From the human T2T-CHM13v2.0 reference genome, Homo sapiens: 64,000 bases of DNA. Under the pieces are notes generated by a model. That model was not told the DNA's origin. It made no database searches and saw only the letters and a list, made by a program, of their open reading frames with translations. The stretch lies in NCBI RefSeq assembly GCF_009914755.1, contig NC_060947.1, one strand, 5' to 3'. Shown here one piece after another: positions 1-14,629 of this stretch. Each line of letters begins with the position of its first letter. Positions within the stretch are counted from its first letter, which is position 1. The translations under genes and the position numbers were made by a program.

Positions 1-395
1 GAATGGATAAGCAAAAGAGGTATATCCATACAATGGAATTTTATTCAGCCATAAAAAGAATGAAGTACTGATATGTGCTACAACATGGATGAACTTTAAA
101 ACATGTTGAGTGAAAGAAATCAGACACAAAATATTGTATGATTCAATTTATATGAAATATCTAAATAGGCAAATCCATAGAGACAGAAAGTAGAATAGAG
201 GTTACCAGGGGGTAGTGGGAGGGGAAAATAGGGAAACGGTGAGTTATTCTTTAATGGGTACAGAGTTTTTGTTTGGGATGATGACAAAATTTTGGGAATG
301 ATAATGGTTGCACAACATTGTTAATATACCTAATGCTACTGAATCGTACACTTAGAAATGGTTAAAATGGCAAATTTTATATCTATTTTACCACT
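1..395 (+). mobile_element. Old L1 (L1M/L1MB-type) 3' end fragment
   Basis: Typical L1M 3'UTR text: 'tatatccatacaatggaat...ttcagccataaaaagaatgaagtactgata', 'cacaacattgt...aaatggttaaaatggcaaatttt'. Confidence 0.85.
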
Positions 396-449
396 ATATA
401 TATATATGTACTATGTACAATATATGCATATAATACATCTCTCTCTTTC

Positions 450-455
<6 letters not shown>

Positions 456-485
<30 letters not shown>
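456..485. repeat. (CA)n microsatellite
   Basis: About 15 CA units seen directly. Confidence 0.95.
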
Positions 486-490
<5 letters not shown>

Positions 491-1698
491 GATGTGGGGT
501 AGGGCACCAGGCTCACTCATTGGTGAAAGGACCGGCCCCCACCTACTAGTCTCCTTGCACATGTGATTCACATCTGTGCCTCAGCAAAAACACAGTTTCT
601 TACCAGTCTGAGTTCTCATGAAGTATCCAAACCATGAATGTTAAGTTTGCAAATGCATTTGTGCTTTTAATGGAGAAGGTCCCTTAATCCAAGAATGCCT
701 ATTCTTTGTCAGACCACTAGGCACTCAGGAAATAGTTATTTTAAATTACTTTGGGCTATGAAAGGACTTTTGAAGCTTGATACCAAAAGCAAAAATCACA
801 AAGGCAAAGAATGACAGGCTTAACCACACAGAAACCCAAAACCGCTCTACAGCGAGTAACTCCATCCTCAAAATCAAATGGTAAATTAGTTGACAATGCG
901 TTGCAATCTCTAATACAGGGTTTCTCACAGTGTGGTCTACATACCAGCGGTGCTCTGGGAGAGGAATTTTAGATGGTACATGGACAGAGAACTGAATCTT
1001 AAATAGTATGAACTTAGGCACTGCAGCAGGCAGCCACTCAAATCATGCCGTGTGAGTGGCCACCACCTCAGAAGCCAGGTCCAGGAATATACATTATGAA
1101 ATTACTTGTTCTGAGACTCACTTAGAGAAGCACAAATAATTTTTTGCACAAATTTTTCTTGAAAACCTGATCTCTGAATCTATATCCTTCCCCTTTGTTA
1201 CTATATTAATAGGGGATATTAAATGAATTAGCACACATAAAGCAATTAGAAATGTTTGCTATTTTTATCATTTTCTGAGCATTTATATATGGGAACCAGT
1301 TGGGGCCAGGTCAGAAGCTTAAAGGTAGAATCCTAGGGTTTTTAGAGCTGGAAGGGAAATCGGATTCAGAGTATTTCAGACCACACTAGCCAGGTACGCT
1401 CTGGGGTCAAAGGTAGAATAGAGCTGATTAAGAGGTTTTGGGTAAAATCTTAGAAAAAAATTTGAGGTTACAGCAACAGCAATCACAACGAATACTGTCA
1501 AAGCTCCTGTTACAGGTTGTTATACCTTACAGGTCAGAAAAATTAAGGAAGGCTCTTCAAATGTCAACTTGGGAAGCTTTTTCATATGCTACATTTAAAT
1601 TGGAAACTTCTGCTGTTTGCCCAGAATATTCTATCTCCCTCCTAAGTTTTCCAGTATTAGAAGCATATTCAAATGACAAGGGGGAAGTCCCCTAACAA

Positions 1699-1790
1699 CA
1701 GGGTGACCAACCATCCCAGTTTCCCTAGGACTGTTCCAGTTTGAGCACAGGCAGTCCTATGTCACAGGACTGGGATGGTTGGTTTCCCTA
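1699..1790. mobile_element. hAT MITE (MER94-like)
   Basis: TIRs cagggtgaccaaccatcccagt / actgggatggttggtttcccta; 8-bp TSD cctaacaa (1691-1698) / cctaataa (1791-1798). Confidence 0.8.
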
Positions 1791-1995
1791 CCTAATAAGG
1801 ACATTTTGACCATTTGGAAAGGTTCTGAGCTCACATTTACCTCTGCTTCATAGACAATTCTTAAGTGTTACAAGAATTTCTTTAGCATTAGTTTAGTTAC
1901 TGAGTGTTCTTAACAATTCTTTCTTCATAGACAATTCAGGCTCTGCTCTTCATTGTGAGGCATTGGGCAAGATACTTAATTTTTTCCAAGCCTCA

Positions 1996-2395
<400 letters not shown>

Positions 2396-3294
2396 TTATG
2401 CAGGTACATTGTGAATGTTCAAGAAGTGTTAGTTATTAATCTGTTATGGTTATTAGTTACATAATACAAGATTGAAAGGATGGTGTTTAAAATACACTTC
2501 TTCCCCAACCCAATTGTTTACAGGTACCATTTACATACCAACAGGCTGCATGCCCATTCTCACTGATTCGTATGTATATACACAGCACTATCAGGACTTC
2601 CATCAGGCTATGAGAGTTACTGCATGTGGTTAAAACGGAAGGAAAACAACTTTTAAACATTAATAAGGATTTTCTAGCACAGTATAAAGTTGTAAAATCT
2701 TTACAAGGGACCACGTCAATATTTAAGTAGTCATCCAACTGAAGAAACCTTTATTGAATATTGGCTGTATAACTAAAAGCCAAGGGAAAACCAAGCAAGT
2801 AAAACACAGCCCTACCCTCAAATTGCTTATACTCTTGTGTTCCAAGGAAACCAAGAACGAAGCTGGGAGCCAGGGACAGGTCAAAGCAGACAAACCAGAT
2901 GTAAATCAAGAATGTGCCCTGCTCTTCTTCCTAAAAATATAGGAGCCCTCTTGGCAAAGGAATGGACTGCAGGAGGAGGGGTGGGAGACTAGCTTCTCCA
3001 GCAGGAGAGGCCTTGAAAGTTGACAAAGGAAAAAAGCACCCAACAGGAACCTGAAATGTCAAATCATTAAATTGAATAGAAGTAAAAACGATGGCTGAAG
3101 TATGATGATAGAAACCCAGGGAATTTAATGAAGTAACAAGGGATATGTTCACTTAGGAGAAGGCTGTCTACCCCAGATATTGGAGAAGCCCCATGACCAG
3201 CAATAATGGTCTTCTAGTTTGCTAATGAGCATGTCATACTGGGCAAAACCTAAACCGAATTCAGAATCCCCAGTCTCTAAGGTCCCAATTGTCA

Positions 3295-3660
<366 letters not shown>

Positions 3661-5799
3661 TTACCACAGGACCCTGTTATTCCCAGCCTTAGCGAAGCCT
3701 GAGAGCTTGCTGGTTAGCTCCTCACTGGTTTTGAACGCTGAGTGAGTTGCTCTGATCGAAGGAGGCAGGGTGCTCACACAAACCTTTCCTACAATTTGCG
3801 CTTCTCCCTCAACCAATACCTATAATGCCACCCCACTACATCTCCACCCTGTAGCATTTCCAGGCTTTGCCTAAAACCAAGAGTCAATAAACTCGTATTA
3901 GTGGAGTAGATGACAAAGGAGGTATTCCCTTTCCACAAACCCAAACAACCAGGATGCTCCCGAGGTGTGGCAGAAGGAAACACTTTGATCTCAGGCTTTT
4001 AGCCTCACACTTCCCTCACCCAGGTTTGACCCTCCTAGGGCCAGAACCAGAAGAGGCGCCCCCTCTCACACTTTCCTAAAGCCTGGAGTGGCAGTTTCTC
4101 TCCCAGTTGAACAAATGCAAATGCTACAAGCGCTCTTTCCAGGTTTTTCTACTACCCCTCCCCCACTGCCACTCTCCAACAGAGACAGGCGGGATCCTTA
4201 GGAGCCTGTTAGGGCTTTCGCTTGGCAGGATTTCAACGTCTGTGGGCTGAATACACTTGTAGTAATCTTTCACTAGAAATGAAGATTCCCTCGAAACCTT
4301 TCTGCCCGCAGCCTGGTTTATTTTATTTTATTATTTTTAAAAATTCAGCCTGGTTTATTTTAGACAATGAGATAATTTGATGCCTAAAGTGAAATAATAG
4401 ATGAGAAAGGGCTTCAATGGTGTCGAAAATGCCCGAGGAATACGACTTGTTATAATAACACTAACGAGGTTAGCGGCCCTGCTTGTCTTGCCCAGAATCA
4501 CTGGGGCTGGGCTGAGCGGGAGGCGATGGTGGATTTGTCTTGGGGCAAGGGAGGCAAACCTGCTCTTAGCATTAAGTGAGAATAGCGCCTGCCTTTCTCG
4601 ATTGCTTTTAAAATTTCCTATTTGAGCCTGCTTGCATTCTAAATATTTTGTAGGTGCTCAGAATTTCTTATCACTTTGTCTGGGCACATCGCCTGCCTAC
4701 AGCCTAGAATCTCAGAGCTAAAAGGAACCTTGGAGAGACTAGAGAGGTCAGGCGACTTGCTCAGGCTCATACAAACAGGTGAAGCCATAACTTGTACTAC
4801 AACCCAGGTCTCCCACAGTGGCGATGTCTTTCTCTTACATAACCTGTGTTGTTGAGCAAGAATAAATCCTCGCTTATACACTCACACACACATGTTGGTG
4901 CCCTATCCTGATGGCGCTAAGGACACTAAATCCATGGCTGGGTTTCCTGATGTTGTCTGCCCTGCCTCTAAATTGCCTCAGTTGTTCCCAGAGACTGGTT
5001 CTTGCCAGAGTGTCTCAAACTGAAGGACAGCAGCTGCCTTGGGTCTTCCCATTGTGTTTTTTCCCTCCCTTGTCCTCTCCTTGCCTCCCCAGCAGGATTT
5101 CTAGAAAGCTTGACCGGTACACCAATACACGCCTGCAACGACATGGATTCATCCGCCCTCCTGCCACACATAGTTCTTGAGGCACTCAAGATGTCCTAGG
5201 GTGCTCTCTGGGGTTGCGCTTAGCTTACATTTGAAATTTAACGCTGTGATCCATGGAGGAGGCGAATCCCTCCCATCCAGAGGCTCAAGAAATTCTCACA
5301 AGTCTCTGATTTTTAAAAATTTTCCCCTCCCCATCTCCCTCTCCTACCACCAGCAGTTTAATTTGTCTTGACATTTTGCTTGCCCTCACTGTCAGTCAGG
5401 GGCACTCAGTAATTTTAAAGCCCTTGTAGTTTCAATCTGATTTTGCACATTTGAGATGGGCTTTTGAGAAGGGTAGAACTTGGAACTCAAGAAGACCCCA
5501 TGGCAGAATCTCCAAAGGGGCTATGGAAATGTATGCATTTGAGGAGCGGGTACTTTCAGCTACCTCCAAACCATCTGGGGTCTGCCCACCTTCTAGGCCC
5601 CAGCGTCCCCATCAGAAAGCCTTTGCAGGCAGCTTTCAGAATAGGGCTTGCACCTGCCAGTCCTCCCCTCAGCTCCGCGGTACTCCAGGCAACCTCAAGG
5701 TCCAGTCACTGTAGCCTGAGTCAGACCTCCCCAGTACCCCTCCTGAACTTCCTAGTTGCCCCTTTTGCCAGAGATGAGGGTGCAGCAGAGGCTGGTGGG

Positions 5800-7200
5800 A
5801 GCAAGGACCGAGTTGCCGCCGTGTGCCGAGCCACCCACCTGTGGAAGAAGAGCAGGATGGAGAGCATGGTCTGGTCGATGTTGCGGTTGCAGATGCCCTC
5901 GTTGATCAGGTAGCAGGGGTCCCGCAGCACCGGCTCTAGCGAATCCTGCCGCATTATGCTGTTGAGCTTGTCGGTATTGAGGTTCTCAAAGACCAGCTTT
6001 TCCTGCAGCTGCCGAAAGTTGCTCACTGTAGGGCTGCCCGGGTTGTTGTTCTCCCCGCTGCTGCCTCGCTGGAGCCCACTCCGATGGGCCAGGTCCAGGC
6101 AGCAGTTGCAGCAGTCGAGGCCGACAGGTGAGCGGCAATCGAGCTTGGACTGGGCCATCTTCTCAGGCTCGGAGGTCGCCTGGCCTGCGAGGTCAGGGGC
6201 GGCTGGCAGGTGCGCGCCCACCGAGCTGGCCTGAGGGGACTCCAGGGTGCCTGGAAAAGACAAGCTGTGAGGAAAAGAGTTGGAAATTAGCGCCTAAAGC
6301 CAGCCACCTTCGGCTCGGCCCCCTTCTGGCTGTACTGCTCCGGGTGCGAATAGAAACAGCTGGACAAACAGCTCCGAGCGGATCCTTCGGGCTCACTTCC
6401 TCCTCTTCCTCCTTCTCCTCCCCCTCCTCTTGAGGCCGGGGGCCGCCCCCCTGAGGTGCCACACGCGGCCCCAGCGCAGTCCCAAGTTTCCCAAGTGTGA
6501 GCGGGGATTGGGGCGGACCTGTGGAGGCAGGAAGGGCGGGCAGCAGGGCAGAGGGAGAGCCAGGGCGCGCCCTTGCTCCCTCCCTCCTTTGCTCCCTCCC
6601 TCCCCGGTTTGCAGGCTCTCAGGCTCTCGGGCTCCCCTGGGCTGTGACGGCTGAGCGGTGGCAGGAGCTGAGAGCGAGTGAGCTAGTTAGCGGTCTGCAC
6701 GCCCGGGAGTCAGCACTGGGATATGACAGCATGTAAATTACCCTAGAGGGGACGGCGGAGAACGGTCCTCCGCCACTTCTCCGGCTGGCGGGCGGGGGCC
6801 CCGAGCGGGCTGGATCCTGTCCCTCCACCCCTCGCCCCACCCCGCCCGCACCCTTGTGCCCTGGCATCCACGCTGCCGCTCGCACCCTCGCCCGCGCTCC
6901 TGGGAGCCGGCCCGGCTCTCACTCTCTCGGCGAGCCGGACGCTTCGGTTCAGGCTCTTTCAGCGCTCATGGCGCATCCTCCGCCAGAAATACGCACGCAG
7001 CCCACCCGGGCTGCCGTGCCCCCTCAGTGGCCCGGTCTCGCGGGGCTCGAGCTCGGCGTGAGGGCAAATGTCTCTAGTCTCACCTCGAATGGGTCCCCCT
7101 ACAGAAGAGACGACGCCCTCGAGAGCCCCAAGTGTTGTAGCCTTAAACTGCCGCCCTCCAAAGCCCCCCTTTTTCTGGGGGGGGGGCGTGCAAGGAGAGC
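5800..7200. promoter_or_regulatory. TSC22D3: CpG island / promoter of long TSC22D3 isoform
   Basis: High GC and dense CpG; GC boxes (ggggcgg ~6510, ccgccc ~6842 and ~7151) and a CCAAT-type gattgg at ~6506. Confidence 0.85.
5839..6158 (-). CDS. TSC22D3: TSC22D3 (GILZ) long-isoform first coding exon, 320 coding nt; remaining exons lie outside the window to the left
   Basis: Translation MAQSKLDCRSPVGLDCCNCCLDLAHRSGLQRG...NRNIDQTMLSILLFFH matches the N-terminus of long TSC22D3 as recalled. Donor CAG|GTGGGT (minus) has GT at 5838-5837. A candidate acceptor TTGTCTTTTCCAG has AG at 6252-6251. Confidence 0.95.
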
Positions 7201-7339
7201 GGTTGCCTCTGCAGAGAGTCAGAGAGTGCCAGGCACACATTAGGAGTACCCAATAAATGCCGTAAGCAAAACTCAGAGAAGCACGCTCAAACTCTCCTCA
7301 GTTTCTGTCTCTTTCTGCTTACTTAACGATATCGTCACC

Positions 7340-7750
7340 TCCTTTCCCCAGCTCGCTGTGTCCTCTCTTCCCTGAACCCCTCAGAGGCAGTCTCTGTCCC
7401 GGTTTCCCTCTGCCCCTTCGCCGTCTCTCCTCAGTCCTCCCCTTCCTTCTCTCTGCTCTTCTGCTTCCACTCATTCCACTATTTCCCTTATTTTTTCTCT
7501 TTTCTTTACCCATTTCCTCTACTTTCTCCCCCATTTCCATTCTTTTACCTTTCTTTCCTTATTTCTTTTCTCCTTTTCTCTATTTCCTCATTTCCCCTTT
7601 CTCCCCTTTCCTCTTTTCTCTCATTTTTCTCTCCCCTACCCCCGCCATTTCCCTTATTTTCCCCTCATTTCTTACTTCAGCACCCCCTCTTTTTCCTCAC
7701 TTCACTTACCTTCTCCTATTTCTCCAAATTTGTTGTCCTTCTCCTTTTCT
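7340..7750 (+). repeat. Long CT-rich polypyrimidine low-complexity tract
   Basis: About 400 bp with very few purines on the + strand. Confidence 0.9.
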
Positions 7751-8085
7751 GAACCTTACCTGCCACCTTAGTTGATCTCCGTCTGTCGTTACCCTTTCAA
7801 TAGATGTAGCGATTGCATGTTCACAGGCCTGAGGGGCGTGCCCCAGCTCTGTAAGATGGAGGGATGTTCTGGGTGGGCAAGTGGTGGGTTTCCAGGGTTT
7901 CTCAGGACTCAGAGACTTGGAATACTTTAAATGTGTAGGATTAAATAACGATTAGTGTCTGAAAAAACTAAACTTTTCATGACGTTCAGTTTTCACGTAA
8001 AACTGACTTACATTTCAGTCAGTACTCCCCACCCCCGCATCGGCTCCTTCATTCACAAGTCTGGCCTTTGAAATAGAGCAGCATA

Positions 8086-8104
8086 TACTGCCATCTAGTG
8101 TCCA
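8086..8104 (-). promoter_or_regulatory. Candidate CTCF site
   Basis: Minus strand reads TGGACACTAGATGGCAGTA, close to the CTCF core TGGCCACCAGGGGGCGCTA. Confidence 0.6.
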
Positions 8105-8199
8105 AGACGTTGAACGTTCTCTGCCTGCGTCACAGAAGCTCGGAGAGGCACCAGAGGTACCTCCTGGTGGAATCCACAGTGCGTTGGTTCCAAGAGTAG

Positions 8200-8600
8200 C
8201 AGGGAAGAAGTGTAGGAGGCGGAGCTGCTACACTAAGAGAGTTCTGTGGCCAAGCTAATAGGCAGGAACACGCTCCTACACTAAGAGAGCTCCAGCTAAT
8301 AGGCAGGAACACCAATTAGGGCCAGAGCCGCCCTTTTTTCTAGTGGAGCTTCACTTGGCCTGAGTCCCTGCGGATTGGACTTCCATAGATTTGAAACTTC
8401 CTCCGGGTACCACAAGCATCAGGCCTGTGATTAAGAGCAAAGAGCGGCCAACTATTGTAACTCTTATTCCCAAGGCCCTGTGGGTCCTATATGTGCCCTG
8501 CAACTTGGGGAAAATGGAGGTGGGGTTGTGGTCTCTATGCTGTAGCAGCCGGAAAGCCAAAAACAAGCCGTACTTCTCGCTCTTGACAGGATCCCAAGGT
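8200..8600 (+). promoter_or_regulatory. Candidate promoter and 5' non-coding exon (possibly NCBP2L exon 1), divergent from TSC22D3
   Basis: CCAAT 8312-8316, GC box ccgccc ~8328, inverted CCAAT (gattgg ~8373), candidate donor AAG|GTCAGA at 8598/8599. The link to NCBP2L is inference plus recollection. Confidence 0.5.
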
Positions 8601-9899
8601 CAGAGGTGAAAGAGGTGCTGGGGGTCACTGACCATACCTGCAAAACTGAGAGTATGGTCCTTTCGTTCTAACAGACTGCTGAGGAGTCTCTATTTCTCCT
8701 CTCAAAAGCAAACCCTTTAGATGTATTAATTTCCCTTTTTCTTCTTCTTCGCTTTTTTTTTTTTTAAATGTTCTTGGGTAAAAGCCAGAGGAGGTAGTAG
8801 AATATGAAATTTCATCTGCATTGTGTAGACTTATAGTCTACTAAATTGTTTTGTAATTACAGTGTTTATGTTTTTTCCTCTTGTTTATAATTATTTCATG
8901 TTAAACGTTATAGCAAAATATATTAGACCCATAAATGTTTATTTAAGTTGTGTTTTGTGAACTGCTGGGACTTTTGTTTCTATATTTGCCTGAGTCCTTT
9001 TATCTTTGTGCATAACCTTGGGATGAGGCCCTGGTAGAAGTATTTCCTTCTTGGCATTTGGCACCATTAAACTCAAGATTCTGTCCCCTTGACATTTCCC
9101 TTGTTGTAGTCCTTGCTCTCAAGCAGTATTGTTAATAATTCAGTACAGCTTTCCATACTATATCCAGGTTGATCAAGAGTAAATATAATTGAGATATAAA
9201 AAAACTACATAGTTCAGAGATAGAGTTCAGGAGCTGGTATGTATTTGCATACAAGTCCAGCTTGTATTGACATATTGCACACCTCCTCAGGAGAAGGCTG
9301 ACTGGGCAGGGCCACCTTGGCTCCCTTCTGTGAAGCCTTGCTTTGCTGACATATATTGCGTTGGATGGAGAGACTCCAAGCAGCAAAACGTTTTGCATAA
9401 ACTAAGAAAGCGGAGGGGGGCCCCCACTTCCAGACAGAGCTGGTAGCTTTCTGGGTGGAGCAGAAAGAGGGTATAAGGGGCATCTCTTTCTTGGATGAAC
9501 TCATTCAACAGTCACTGTGTGCTTGTCCTGTGTCAGGTATAGTGTAAGTGGGGATTCAGAGGTAAACAAAACAGGACAAACTCCCAAAGACTTCATGGTC
9601 TAGCTGCAGAAACAGAGCTGCAGACAGACAAAAACAGTACAAATACTAAGTGGTAATGGAGGCCTGGTGTGTGTAGGGGGAATAGGGGGTGGCATGTCTT
9701 GGGTGTGGAGGAGGGGTTAGCTCTGGCAGAAGAGAAGGACAATCTAGGTAGAGAGACTAGAGAGACTAGTGAACAGAGGCTTGGGGCTGAGAACAGTGTG
9801 TATGCTGATATCCGGGTGTGGATTACAAAGCAGTTCAGTGTTACTGGAGAATAAAATGTGAGACATGGAAGCTGGTATAGTTATAGAAGTGCTTGTTAT

Positions 9900-10467
<568 letters not shown>

Positions 10468-10478
10468 TATCCCCTGAA

Positions 10479-10782
10479 TTTTTTTTTTTTTTTTTTTTTT
10501 TGAGACAGAGTCTCGCTCTGTCGCCCAGGCTGGAGTGCAGTGGTGCGATCTTGGCTCATGCAAGCTCCACCTCCCGGGTTCACGCCATTCTCCTGCCTCA
10601 GCCTCCCGAGTAGCTGGGACTACAGGTGCCTGCTACCACGCCCGGCTAATTTTTTTGTATTTTTAGTAGAGACGAGGTTTCACCATGTTAGCGAGGATGG
10701 TCTTGATCTCCTGACCTCGTGATCCGCCCGTCTCGGCCTCCCAAAGTGCTGGGATTACAGGCGTGAGCCACCGCGCCCAGCC
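10479..10782 (-). mobile_element. Alu (AluY-like)
   Basis: Diagnostic 'gcaagctcc...gttcacgccattctcc', long poly-T, TSD tcccctgaat. Confidence 0.95.
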
Positions 10783-10812
10783 TCCCCTGAATTTTTAGGG
10801 GTCCCTGTTCTA

Positions 10813-11070
<258 letters not shown>

Positions 11071-11368
11071 TCTAGACCAACCTCCTTATATATATTAATA
11101 ACAATATTAGATGAATGAGTCTTTACTATATGCCAAGCACTGTGCTAAAACCTTTATAGTCATTTTCTACTGATTCATCATCACAAGCCTGTGAGGCAGC
11201 CTTGTTTTCATAGCTCTCGGAGACATGGAATTGTTTTCTAAGGTTACACAGCTGGCAAGGGGCAGAAATGGGACTTGACCCTGAGTCAGTGTCACTTAAG
11301 CCCCACCCAAACTTCAGGCCTTGGATCTGCACCAGGATGGCTACATTAGAATCACCTGGGAAGTTCAC

Positions 11369-12798
<1,430 letters not shown>

Positions 12799-12884
12799 AG
12801 AGATCTATACTTTTAAAAGATCCCCAGATGATTCTTAAAGGTAGCCAGGTTTGGGAGCTTTAATGTTCTCAACCACAAACTTTT

Positions 12885-13089
12885 TGTTTTTATTTTACAT
12901 TTTAATTGAAATTGTATATATTTAAGGTGTACATCACGGCTATATATATATATATAAATATATATATATAAATATATATATATAAATATATATATAAATA
13001 TATATATATAAATATATATAAATATATATATATAAATATATATATAAATATATATATATAAATATATATATAAATATATATATATAAAT

Positions 13090-13120
<31 letters not shown>

Positions 13121-13560
13121 CCCACACATATATACACACATAGACTACAGTCAAGCTAACATATCCATCTCTTCACATAGTTATCTTTGTGTGTGTGTGC
13201 GTCTGTGTGCAGTGAGATCTACGCTATTAGCAAATTTCAAGTGAACAATACAGTATTGTTAACTATAGTCACCATGCTGTACATTACATCTCTAGAACTT
13301 ATTCATCCCATGTAACTGAAGCTTTGAACCCTTTGACCAACATCTCCCAATGTGTTCCCCACCCAACCCCTGGTAACCACCATCTACTCTCTGCTTTGAT
13401 GAATTCAGTTTTTTTAGATTCCACATATAAGTGAGATCATGTAGTGTTTTTTTTTCTGTGTTTGGCTTATTTCACTTAGCAAAATATCCTCCAGGATCAT
13501 TCATGTTATCACAAATGGCAGGATTTCCTACTAAGGCTAAATAATATTTTATTTTATATA
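12885..13560 (-). mobile_element. L1MA-type 3' end
   Basis: 'aattgtatatatttaaggtgtaca', 'ctatagtcaccatgctgtacatt', 'agattccacatataagtgagatcatg...tggcttatttcacttagc'. Confidence 0.85.
12941..13120. repeat. (TA)n / (TATATATAAA)n AT-only repeat within an L1
   Basis: About 180 bp with no G or C. Confidence 0.95.
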
Positions 13561-13936
13561 TACATATACATATATACACATAATATACACACATATATAC
13601 ACATAATATACATATATACACATATATATACACTCATATACACATACATATACACATATGCACACACATACATGTGTGTATATATATATATACACACCCC
13701 ACAATTTCTATATTTAGAAATTGAATTTTTTTAGAAAAAATTAGGAATTCATTTAGAAATTGAAATGAATGGATAAAAACTCATTTTTATCTATCAATGG
13801 ACACTTAGGCAGTTTCCACAAGCTTTCTTAGCACAGTTCTTGGGCATGGTAGATACCTAATAAATATCTGATTAACCAAGGGGAAATAAAATATGGAGAT
13901 GGGGAACTGAGGGAAATTGAAAAGCTGTCCTCGAGG

Positions 13937-14424
<488 letters not shown>

Positions 14425-14591
14425 TAAGGTGTACACCATGATGTTTTGACATACATTGTGAAACGATTACCACAATCAAGCTAATTAACATATACATCAA
14501 CCTGTCTTTGTAGAACTGTTTCATGGAGGCCATATATTATTACATCCTAATATCTACAGTGTTTTCTTCTGGAGCTCACAGTCTGGTGTGC

Positions 14592-14629
<38 letters not shown>

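Noticed and set aside
4045-4920. Partial CTCF-like strings (ccagaagaggcgc ~4048; cctgatggcgcta ~4906)
   Set aside because: Spacing or 5' core mismatches make them too weak to call without a PWM score.
5464-7256. Overlapping + and - strand ORFs in the TSC22D3 island, including the read-through tail of ORF 5721-6263
   Set aside because: GC-rich stop-poor DNA and antisense shadows. The real exon ends at the donor after 5839, so RWVARHT... is intronic.
8228-8312. Repeat-spacer-repeat pattern as a CRISPR-like array
   Set aside because: Only two units, in a mammalian promoter context, with no cas genes; a simple local duplication.
5800-8600. Glucocorticoid response element expected for GILZ
   Set aside because: No convincing AGAACAnnnTGTTCT palindrome was spotted by eye. 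The classic GRE-bearing promoter belongs to the short isoform outside this window.
12813-13154. YI-repeat ORFs
   Set aside because: Translation of a (TA)n microsatellite.
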